NCBI GenBank assembly: GCA_965205085.1 | Contig: OZ242039.1 | Coordinates: forward strand, 4,118,156 to 4,182,155 | DNA: 64,000 nucleotides | DNA from: Bryobacterales bacterium | Lineage (GTDB): Bacteria > Acidobacteriota > Terriglobia > Bryobacterales > UBA6623 | Direction: 5' to 3' | Shown here: one piece after another, positions 10,937 through 19,345 of the stretch | Position numbering within the stretch: position 1 is the stretch's first letter | Layout of the letters: each line of letters begins with the position of its first letter | Notes under the pieces: generated by a model | Seen by the model: only the letters and a program-made list of their open reading frames with translations | The model's database searches: none | Told to the model about the DNA's origin: nothing | Program-made: the position numbers and the translations under genes

Positions 10937-12500
10937 GTGTTGGACCCCTTGATCGAAAAACTCCAGTCCACCACCTTCTTCGGCTACCGCTTGAGGCGTC
11001 GGCAGATCGCCGATATCCAGGAGGTGGTGCGGACGTTTCCCAAGCTCAGTCGCACCGAACTGGGCCACACCCTCTGCACCCACCTGCGCTGGCAGACCCC
11101 CAAGGGCCGGAATCGCATTCAACTGTCCCTGCGCCTGTTGGAGGCCCTCGAACGCCTCGGCATCCTGTGCCTTCCCCCCAAGCGGGGCGGAGAACGGCCA
11201 CGCCAACAGCCCCTGGTGCCCGGTCCGCAGTCCGCTCCCCAGCCTGCCCTTGCCGAGCCCCTCCGCTCCCTGCTCCCGCTGCAGTTGTCCTGCGTCACCG
11301 ACGCCCAGGAGGTGGCGCTTTGGAACGAATTCGTGGAACGCTACCACCCGCTCGGCTATCGCCGCCCGTGCGGTCCCCATCTGCGCTACTTTCTGCGCGA
11401 CCGGCAGGGACGCCCCTTGGGCTGTTTGCTATTCGATTTCGCGACCCCACGGCTGGCCTGCCGCGACCAGTGGATCGGCTGGCAGGATCAGAAGTACCAC
11501 AAACACTTGCACTGGGTGGTCCGCAAAGCCCGCTGGTTGCTGTTCCCGTGGGTCAAGGTCCCGACTCTGGCCAGTCACGCGCTGGGCCTGGTAGCCCGCC
11601 ATCTGCCGCAGGATTGGCAGCGGGAACATGGCACCCAACCGGTCCTGCTGGAGGCCTATGTGGCCCCCCAGCAACAGCAGGGCACCTGCTACCAGGCTGC
11701 CGGCTGGCAGAACCTGGGAAGCACCAAGGGCACACCCGCCAGTGGCACCCAGCCCGCCCGCACTCCCAAGCAGGTCTGGGTCCGTCCGCTGCACCCCGAC
11801 TTTCGCGAGATTCTGTGCCAGGGGCCCCCCACAGCGGTCCGCCAGTGCCGCCAGTCGGCCCAGGCCGACCCGAAGTTCGTGCAGCTGTGGCAGGGTCTGC
11901 TGGACACGCTGACCCGCATCGCCAACGACTAGGACCGCCAGTGGGTGCGTCGCCGACGCACCCTCAACACCCTGCTGGTGGTCCTGTTCGTGTATCGGAT
12001 CGTGTTCCAACCCGATAATCGGGGCTATGCCACGGTTCTGCAAGAGTTATGGGACCCTTGCCGCGACCTGAACCTGCCTCTGCCGGACCAGCCAGTCACT
12101 CCGGCCGCGATCTGCCGGGCCCGGGCCAAGGTCAGCGAGGACGTCTTCCTGCGCATCCACCGGGAGCTGCTGGCCGCCTGTCCTCCCGAGACACCCCACA
12201 GCCTGTGGTGTGGCCACCGCATCTTCGCCGTCGATGGCTCCAAGCTCAACTTGCCAAGGCCCCTGGTCGAAGCCGGCTATCCGGTCCCGGGACCGACGGC
12301 CTACTATCCCCAGGGCCTCTTCAGTTGCCTCTACCAGCTGCGCACCCGCCTGCCGCTGGACTGCAGCCTGCAGGCCCACGCCGACGAGCGGCGGGCCGCC
12401 CACCGACACCTCCAGGCTCTCCAACCGGGCGATGTGGTCGTCTAGGACCGCGGCTACTACTGCTTCGCCTTGCTGCAGGCCCATGTAGAACGGGTGGACT
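10937..12500 (+). pseudogene. DUF4338-IS4-type transposase fusion, truncated, TAG stops at 11930 and 12443
   Basis: LSRTELxxTLC, WNEFVERYHPLGY, RDQWIGW, LASHAL, GTCYQAAGW; then AICRARAK, RIFAVDGSKLNLP, YYPQG, DRGY. Confidence 0.85.
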
Positions 12501-12671
12501 AGCCTACAGTTTGGTGGACAGGTAAGTGTGCTGTAGCCGCGCTTGGTCTGCTGAGGACCTCCGTAGGGTAGCAGCTCTGAGCTGCGAGTGGCAAGTCTGG
12601 GGTGGGGAGGGGGTGGCAGGGGGAGGGGCAACCGCCCCTCCCCCCCTCTCCAAAGAGGGGGGGGCCCGTGG

Positions 12672-13301
12672 GGGGCCAGCGCCGAGGTGCGCTGGCAGAC
12701 GGTCGCGTTGCCGCCCCCTGCCCCCAGCCAGGAACTCTTGCGCCTGCAGCTGGTGCACCTTGGGGAACGCTCCCACGCCTCCGGCGGGGAGGCCCTCGAG
12801 TGGTTCCTGCTAACCACGCTCCCGCTCTCCTCGCTGGCCGATGCCGAGGGCGTCCTGCGCTGGTACCGGCTCCGCTGGCGCATCGAGGACTGGCACCGGA
12901 TTCTGCAGTCCGGCTGCCAGGCCGAGTCCCTCGGCCACCGCACCAGTCAGCGCCTCATGCGGGCGGTCACGATCAAGGCCGTCATCGCCTGGCGCTTGGC
13001 GCTGATGACGCTGCTGGGCCGGACCACCCCCGAAATGTCCGCCTCCGTCGGCTTCACCCCCCAGCAGTTGCGCGTACTGCGCGACTTCACGACCCACTAC
13101 CGCCTGGAACCGCCCCGCAACCTCGGTCTGGCGGTGCGCACGATGGCGATTCTGGGTGGCTACCAGTACCGCCCCAACGCCCCGCCCCCGGGGCACCCAA
13201 CGATCTGGGAGGGCTGGGCCCGCTTGTCGATCATGAGCGCAACCTATACCCTGTGCCTTGCCTACGCGCTACCTGTCAGCGTCTCGATCGCGGAGCCTTA
13301 A
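12672..13301 (+). pseudogene. IS50/Tn5-like transposase C-terminal piece
   Basis: LEWFLLTT, WYRLRWRIEDWHRILxSGC (YREK-type), AVIAWRL, LGGY...PPG..TIWEG; left boundary approximate. Confidence 0.88.
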
Positions 13302-13332
13302 CTTCACTTATGGGGCATAGGCAGGCCGCGCC

Positions 13333-13534
13333 CGCCCAAAGCAGGGTCGGACAGGCCGCTCAGGGGCGCTGGAGGCCTGCCACAGGGGAGCGGCCTCCGC
13401 TCTCGTCTGCGCAGCCGGGTCCTAGCCGTCATCTTGGCAAACAGCCTGACTCCAGCGGCTAGTCGCACTGCGCGCCAGTCAGAACACGAGCCCGGCTGGA
13501 AACGCGGACTCGGACCGAGGACCTGGGCAGTTAC
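13333..13534 (+). mobile_element. IS66 3'-end remnant
   Basis: Ends CCGAGGACCTGGGCAGTTAC, whose reverse complement matches GTAACTACCCAGGTTCTCGG at 45621; left boundary uncertain. Confidence 0.7.
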
Positions 13535-13657
13535 CCTTGAGGTGAAATGGCAGGCATGCAGACAGACCCAAGCAGGCCTAATCCACCGAATTGTCATCGA
13601 TATTGTTCTTGCCCTCGAGCGAGACCTCGTGCCGAGAAAGGGCTTTCGGGCAGACAC
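13535..13657 (+). mobile_element. ISNCY right-end remnant
   Basis: Homologous to about 49590-49712 (CAGGCCTAATCCA...TGTCATCGATATTGTT...GGCAGACAC); followed by GAACTA versus GAGCTA. Confidence 0.8.
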
Positions 13658-13883
13658 GAACTAGCACCTGACCTTCGCCGATGCCCGATGCAAACTCAAG
13701 TCAATTCACTCAAGGATCAATCAGTGACGATGCACAAGTGCAATTGGCGAAGAGCGCGAGTGTGATCGCTTCGAGCAGCCCTTCCAGTGTCGCACGAGTG
13801 GCAAATCCTCCCCAAGCACCATCCGTTTGTTGGGCTCAGGGCACCAATTCGCGCTGCTCGCCAAGCTTGGTGAAATCTCCGGA

Positions 13884-14378
13884 CTATGTCCGGGGCACGG
13901 CGTAGATCGGCTTGTGGGACAACTCGGCAGTCGATATGACCCACACCGGAATAGCGACGATTCCCACGGCAAGCTGGGGGGTGACCCACCATCCGCCCTG
14001 TGTGCCAGGATCATACCACAACCAGTGCACCACCGCACCGCCGAATGCGGCCAAGGCGGTCAAGCCCCAGGCATGGGGTCGCCGCAGGAAAGCGCGCTTG
14101 ACCGAGACTCTGCGCACAACTTCGCGCTGCAGCCGGCGCTGGGTTCCATCCCGCAGGACAATCGTCAGGCTATCTGCGGTTGCTGCCCCAAAGACACCGC
14201 TGAACTGGCGACGTCCCCCGGATGTGTCATCGTGCACCACGACCCGGATCGGGCGAGTGACCGCCACCCCCTGCACGCGGGACCAGTCCTGGCCTGGCTT
14301 TGCCTGACTCTCGTCCGGAACGAGCATCAAGACCGTCCCGCACGCGGCCAGCAAGCCTGTCATCCTAGCGCATCTCAT
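13884..14378 (-). CDS. Hypothetical exported/membrane protein
   Basis: Signal-like N-terminus, DWSRV...GxFxxATADSLT, two C-terminal hydrophobic segments; GGAG upstream. Confidence 0.6.
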   Translation of the reverse strand: MRCARMTGLLAACGTVLMLVPDESQAKPGQDWSRVQGVAVTRPIRVVVHDDTSGGRRQFSGVFGAATADSLTIVLRDGTQRRLQREVVRRVSVKRAFLRRPHAWGLTALAAFGGAVVHWLWYDPGTQGGWWVTPQLAVGIVAIPVWVISTAELSHKPIYAVPRT

Positions 14379-14422
14379 GATCTTTCTCCATCTTTCTCCC
14401 CGCCGAACCGCCCGGGCCTAGC

Positions 14423-15340
14423 CTAAGGAACCGCCAACTGAATCTCGACCGTCTGGGTTGCAGCAACGACTCCTTGGAACCTCGTTTCACCGTGTGGTGT
14501 TACCGCATGAATGCGAATGCGTCCTGGAGGCACTCCCCCGAATCGCGCGGTCCCGGACGGGCTGGTCTCCGCACGCTGGTGAAACCCCCTGCCGTGCAGC
14601 AACGATCCGCGCTCGTGCGACCGGTATCCGGCAGGGTCAGCTAACAGTACCACGCGAGCGCCTTGAACGGTTGAGCCGTTACGGTCATGCAAGTGGACCA
14701 CCACAGTGCCCCCATCCTCGTCCAGTACCAGATTTCCCACGTCTGTATGCCCTATCTCTCGAATCAAGGGACCGAAGGACTTCGGGCGGTAGCCAGCAAT
14801 ATGGATATCGACGAAGAATGGAACTCCAACGCCAACGTCGTTCAGCTGGAAAGTGCCATCCCTATCTGTTCGGTGGAAGACGTGGAATGCTGCCCGTCGC
14901 AACGGCTGGTCCGGCTCGTGGTAGCGAACATGAACTGTGGCACCGGAAATGCCATTGCCGGCACCATCGGAAACACGTCCTGACAGTCGCTGTGCCTCAG
15001 GAAACTCCACGTCTAGTCGTAGATTACCGCTGGTTCCGGGTGGCAAGAATCGTTCAAATGGAGGACGACCGTGCGTCGTAACGCAGACCAATATGCCGTC
15101 CTTAGTTTGAGCAGAGATGCGGAAATCCTCACCACGATCAACGATATAAGCGGTAACAGTTAATTCCAAACCTTCCTCGATGATCTCAACAGTTCCACCC
15201 AAGGCTTCACCGTCTGTGCTGCGTAGGCTGCCGGCTATTTCAACCGACTGTCCTGCAACAATCATACTGGCGCAAATGCCCATAGCCGCTATGGAGCCTG
15301 CTCTTGCACTTACTAAGCTTCGTTGTTGCACCAGAAACAT
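14423..15340 (-). CDS. Carboxypeptidase-regulatory/CnaB-like beta-sandwich repeat protein
   Basis: Repeated LSGRVSDGAGNGISGATV and DRNGSTVQGARV, TDRDGTF, FGGVPPG; start uncertain. Confidence 0.65.
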   Translation of the reverse strand: MFLVQQRSLVSARAGSIAAMGICASMIVAGQSVEIAGSLRSTDGEALGGTVEIIEEGLELTVTAYIVDRGEDFRISAQTKDGILVCVTTHGRPPFERFLPPGTSGNLRLDVEFPEAQRLSGRVSDGAGNGISGATVHVRYHEPDQPLRRAAFHVFHRTDRDGTFQLNDVGVGVPFFVDIHIAGYRPKSFGPLIREIGHTDVGNLVLDEDGGTVVVHLHDRNGSTVQGARVVLLADPAGYRSHERGSLLHGRGFHQRAETSPSGTARFGGVPPGRIRIHAVTPHGETRFQGVVAATQTVEIQLAVP

Positions 15341-15344
15341 CTCC

Positions 15345-16106
15345 TTAGTCCCACCCGCATCCGGACTCATATCCCGCTGACACCCTCATGCGAATTTGTG
15401 CATTGACATGACTCGCATAGTTGGTCTTGGTCGAAACATCTTTCCAATCCGAAACACGCTCACTGCATCCGTAGAAATCACAATTCATGTCTACTGTGAT
15501 TCCGGGGAAATATAGTGTTGTTATCAAACTGTAGTGCTTCACGTCAAGTTCATACAGAGACATGAAATTAACTGCTTGAGTATAAGAATAGAACGCCCGT
15601 TCACAGCCGGTTGCACTCGGAAGGGGTTCTGCGCGTGACCCTTCGCACGGAATGGGCTTCCTGTAAATTCTATACCCATGCGGAACCATGCCTATCGTTG
15701 AGTATTGGTAGTCCCATGGAGAGTGTGGACCTCCACTGGAGCCGTTGTAGTAGCTGATCCGACCCCGGCCGTATCTGGATTCGGGAGGGCCCGTGCAGGA
15801 GTTCCACTGCCATATAGTTTCACCCGACCTCCAAGCTGTGCCAACCTTCCACCCGGGAAACTGATTCGAGTCGACCGCATGACCGTAGTTCGATGTCACC
15901 CCCCAGTTGCCGAACGGTGCTGAGTGTCCGTCGCCACCACACTCTGCCCTAATCGAACTGCTCGCCCCAATAGTTCTGGAGTGATTCTCCCCACGATAGA
16001 AGACCACGCAGTAATCAGTGAAGCCGACTTCTTGGGCTAAGAGTCCGCCACCGGTACTCAACAACGCGACGGCGACAGAAAAGCTCACGTTTCTTGCAAG
16101 TGCCAT
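15345..16106 (-). CDS. Secreted Cys/Trp/Tyr-rich hypothetical protein
   Basis: Signal peptide ending LLAQ; long ORF in AT-richer DNA; GAGG upstream. Confidence 0.65.
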   Translation of the reverse strand: MALARNVSFSVAVALLSTGGGLLAQEVGFTDYCVVFYRGENHSRTIGASSSIRAECGGDGHSAPFGNWGVTSNYGHAVDSNQFPGWKVGTAWRSGETIWQWNSCTGPPESRYGRGRISYYNGSSGGPHSPWDYQYSTIGMVPHGYRIYRKPIPCEGSRAEPLPSATGCERAFYSYTQAVNFMSLYELDVKHYSLITTLYFPGITVDMNCDFYGCSERVSDWKDVSTKTNYASHVNAQIRMRVSAGYESGCGWD

Positions 16107-16162
16107 AATCAACACCTCTACCTACTATGATACACGGCACTCACGATGATTGCGATTGGGAC

Positions 16163-16228
16163 GCCCATTGCACATCGAAACAAGACAGCGGGGAAGAAGG
16201 CCCTTAGAGGTGGTAGTTGAGTTGCTAG
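16163..16228 (-). repeat. IS30 right-end relic A, interrupted by IS630
   Basis: GCCCATTGCACATCGA...GGGGAAGAAGGCCC...GTTGAGTTGCTAG, matching the IS30 end at 62952. Confidence 0.8.
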
Positions 16229-17389
16229 TGTATCTCGCCAGAAAATCATTCACAGTAGGATTTCAGTGATTTCAGGATATCGTCAGCGCTCTTGGTCCAG
16301 AGAAAGGGTTGGGGGTCTTCGTTGTAGACCTGCAAGTACTCACTGATGGCCGCTTCCAGCGCCTGTGTGCTGCGAAACGTTCCGCGCCGAATCCGCCGCC
16401 GTGTGATCTCCGCAAACCAACGCTCCACCTGGTTCAACCACGAGGCACTGGTCGGCGTGAAGTGCAGGGGGTAGCGCGGCAGCCGTCGCAGCCCGTTCTG
16501 GATCTGCGCTGTCTTGTGGGTCCCGTAGTTGTCGAGGACCCGATGCACATCGTGGGTCTCTGGCACCGCCTTGTCGATCCGCGCCAGGAACTTCTTGAAC
16601 TCGACGGCGCGGTGGCGCCGATAGCCCTTGCCGGTCACCTCACCGGTCGCGATACTCAGGGCCGCAAACAGGGAGGTCGTCCCATTGCGTTGGTAGTCGT
16701 GGGTCTGCCGCTCGGGGACTCCCGGTTGCATCGGCAAGACCGGCTGGGTGCGGTCCAGGGCCTGAATCTGTGATTTCTCATCCACACAAAGCACCACCGC
16801 GCGCTCGGGCGGATGGAGGTACAAACCCACGATATCCCTTACTTTCTGCACAAACTGCGGGTCCCGCGACAGCTTGAATGTCTCGCACCGATGCGGCTGG
16901 AGACCGAACGCACGCCAGATGCGGCCGATGGTGGAGGGACTCAGTCCGGAGGCTTGGGCCATCCACTTGCGGCTCCACTGGGTTGCCCCTCGGGGACGTG
17001 TCTGCAAGGTTCGTACCACGACCTGCTCCCCATCGGCATCCGTCACCGTCCTCGGCGCACCGGAGCGGGTTTGGTCCAGCCAGCCGTCGCAGCCGTACTT
17101 CAGGAACCGTCGCCGCCATTTCCCAACCGTGACGCGAGTGGTATGCAAGCTGTCTGCGACTTGCTGGTCACTGCGGCCTTGGGCTGACTGAAGGATGATG
17201 CGCGCCCGCAAGGCCAGCGCCTGCGAGGTCTTCTGCCGTCGCAGCCAGCGATTCAGATCCTGGCGTTGCGGGTCCGAAATTCGGGGGGATACTCGCGTAG
17301 GTTGATTGGCCATCTCTGCCTCCCGAGTCAGCAACGACGGTACCAGAACCCCCATCCGGTGGCAACAAATGTCTAACGATGGACACTAG
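16225..17389 (-). mobile_element. IS630-family element copy 2
   Basis: CTAGTGT...ACACTAG ends; closely similar to 3903-5048. Confidence 0.92.
16246..17313 (-). CDS. IS630 transposase (open frame with many atypical substitutions)
   Basis: HTH region RARIIL, KWRRRF; DDE motifs CVDEKSQ, LDNY, VERWF. Confidence 0.88.
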   Translation of the reverse strand: MANQPTRVSPRISDPQRQDLNRWLRRQKTSQALALRARIILQSAQGRSDQQVADSLHTTRVTVGKWRRRFLKYGCDGWLDQTRSGAPRTVTDADGEQVVVRTLQTRPRGATQWSRKWMAQASGLSPSTIGRIWRAFGLQPHRCETFKLSRDPQFVQKVRDIVGLYLHPPERAVVLCVDEKSQIQALDRTQPVLPMQPGVPERQTHDYQRNGTTSLFAALSIATGEVTGKGYRRHRAVEFKKFLARIDKAVPETHDVHRVLDNYGTHKTAQIQNGLRRLPRYPLHFTPTSASWLNQVERWFAEITRRRIRRGTFRSTQALEAAISEYLQVYNEDPQPFLWTKSADDILKSLKSYCE

Positions 17390-17574
17390 TTTCTTGCTGT
17401 TGTGGCTGATTAGATTTGCGGAGGGCACTGGCTTCTTCCGACCAATTCCGTCCGCAACGCTTCGTCGGGCGGCTCTACCCGCCTCCAAACTCCCCCTATG
17501 GACCCACTCGCATTCTCCATCGATTGCACAGCCCCCAGCGCGGAAAAGTCCTGTCTTGCGGTTGGGCGCTGCCC

Positions 17575-17834
17575 TAGTATTCACGAATCCGGACAGCCGG
17601 CAGCCCCGAGATCCCCGGCAGCCCGACGGCAACTGGAGGAGACAGAACCTGACTGTGCGCCTCAGCGAGGACGGCGGTGCGACGTGGCCGTACAAGCGGG
17701 TCCTGGAAGCGGGAGTCAGCGGCTACGGCGACCTCGCTTGCGGACACGGCCGGCAACGTGTACTGCGTTTGCGACGACAGCACGGCCTTGGAACGCGGCA
17801 CCCAGGTGCGCTAGCTGAGCGTCGCGCGTTTTGA
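17575..17834 (+). pseudogene. Sialidase (GH33) C-terminal fragment
   Basis: LVFTNP...RQNLTVRLSEDGGATW...SGYGDLA, then a frameshift to GNVYCV. Confidence 0.75.
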
Positions 17835-17906
17835 TCTCGGGTGGATGCGCGGAGAGCACCAGTGACCGGGGCATCTCACCCTCGGTACGCGGCTTCCCCG
17901 CCGGAT

Positions 17907-19307
17907 TCAGGCCAGATGGCCGGTGGAAGTCGCAATCTTGGTCAACTCCTTCACGATTCCAGCGTTTCCGGGGTCGTCGATCGCGTTCCGGAACTCGCCG
18001 GGATCGCTGTCCAGGTCGAATAGTTCGCTCCGGTCCCAGGCAAGGAGGTTCAGCTTCCACCGGTCCGTGCGCACCGTCAGGATGGGCGGTTTCCCGACAA
18101 AGCGGTCGTCGGCGGTAAACACTCGCCGGCAGAACCAGTACTCCGAATACGCAAACTCCCTTGCCGCATGCTGCCGGCCGAGCAGGGACGGGGCGAACGA
18201 GCGTCCGTCGATGCCCTGGGGTATCGCAACTCCGCACAACTCGGCCAGTGTGGGGAACAGGTCGATCTGCTCGACCAGGTGCTCGCGAACCGATCCGGCG
18301 TCGATGCGGTCCGGACACCGGATGATCAGCGGCACGCGGACGGATTGCTCGTACATGTTGTGCTTCGTCCACATGCGATGCGTGCCCGCCATCTCGCCGT
18401 GGTCCGAGGTGTAGACGACCACGGTGGACTTGTCGAGGCCCAGTTCGCGAAGCGCGTCGAACACCCGACCGACGTTGGCGTCGGTCTGCGAAATGTTGCC
18501 GTAATACCCGCGGAGGGCATCGTAGAGCTCTTCATCGGTCTGGTCGTACCAGCCCCGCTCCCGCGCCCTGACCAGATGTCCCCGAAAGCCGCTCTCGAGG
18601 GCGTTGCGGCGGCGCTCGGGCAACTCCAGCTGGATCCCTTCATACAGGTCCCAGTATTTGCGGTGGGGCACCAGCGGCGTGTGTGGCATGAAGAACGAAG
18701 CCCACAGGCAGAAGGGCTTGTCCCGGTGCTTCCTCAGGAATCGTACGGCCTCCTCGGAATAGTGGGTGTCCCGGAACAGCCGCTCCGCCATTCGCGACGG
18801 CCTGCCCGTCGTCGCTCCCGCCGCACCCTGATCCTGCCGAAAGGCGCGGATCTCGGATGCGGTCAGGCGGGTGTGGAAGCTGGACGCATTGATGCGGTGA
18901 GCGAATCCGTGCTGCCGGCTCTCGTCGACAAAGTGCATCTTACCGATGGCCCCGGTCGAGTAGCCCTCGTCCGCGAACCGGTGGGCGACGGTCCGTGCGT
19001 CGTTCGGGAGCGCGTCGCCGAGCAGCCGGGCTCCGTGGCGGCTCGCATAGTTGCCCGTGACGATGGCTCCGCGCGAGGGCACGCACACCGGGGATTGACA
19101 GTAGGCGCGCTCGAAACGAACGCCCTCCGCGGCGATGCCGTCGATGTGGGGGGTGAGCACCTGATGGTGGCCATAGCAACCCGACGAAGCGGCCTGGTGC
19201 TGGTCGGAACACAGGAACAGGAGGTTGGCGCGCCGGTTCCTCGCGAACGCAAAGAACGGTCCGGCCGAAGCGGAAGCCAGGACCCGAATTGCGCTCCGCC
19301 GGTTCAC
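17907..19307 (-). CDS. Sulfatase (choline-sulfatase-like), Tat-type signal
   Basis: SDQH, CVPSR (CxPxR), GKMH, MPHTP, SDHGEM, VRVPLI, ELFDLxxDPGE. Confidence 0.92.
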   Translation of the reverse strand: MNRRSAIRVLASASAGPFFAFARNRRANLLFLCSDQHQAASSGCYGHHQVLTPHIDGIAAEGVRFERAYCQSPVCVPSRGAIVTGNYASRHGARLLGDALPNDARTVAHRFADEGYSTGAIGKMHFVDESRQHGFAHRINASSFHTRLTASEIRAFRQDQGAAGATTGRPSRMAERLFRDTHYSEEAVRFLRKHRDKPFCLWASFFMPHTPLVPHRKYWDLYEGIQLELPERRRNALESGFRGHLVRARERGWYDQTDEELYDALRGYYGNISQTDANVGRVFDALRELGLDKSTVVVYTSDHGEMAGTHRMWTKHNMYEQSVRVPLIIRCPDRIDAGSVREHLVEQIDLFPTLAELCGVAIPQGIDGRSFAPSLLGRQHAAREFAYSEYWFCRRVFTADDRFVGKPPILTVRTDRWKLNLLAWDRSELFDLDSDPGEFRNAIDDPGNAGIVKELTKIATSTGHLA

Positions 19308-19345
19308 GCCCGTCACTATACCAGCGCCACCGTCCGGCCAGCCGG

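Larger units (their letters stand above)
5160..13324 (+). mobile_element. IS4-family (IS50/Tn5-like) element with DUF4338-fused transposase, hosting nested ISs
   Basis: TIR CTGCCTATGCCCCA at both ends; 8-bp direct repeat GCCGCGCC at 5152-5159 and 13325-13332. Confidence 0.88.

Noticed and set aside
5160-13324. Druantia anti-phage system
   Set aside because: Only DruA-like domains fused to transposases; no large helicase (DruE) or other partner genes in the window.
3192-13534. A single IS66 spanning the whole cluster
   Set aside because: The ends are compatible in orientation, but the flanks differ (CCCCAGGC versus CCTTGAGG), so there is no TSD; kept as two remnants.
3903-17389. Diversity-generating retroelement as the source of adenine mutations
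   Set aside because: No reverse transcriptase or TR/VR pair; changes are A->C specific, on both strands and spread over kilobases.
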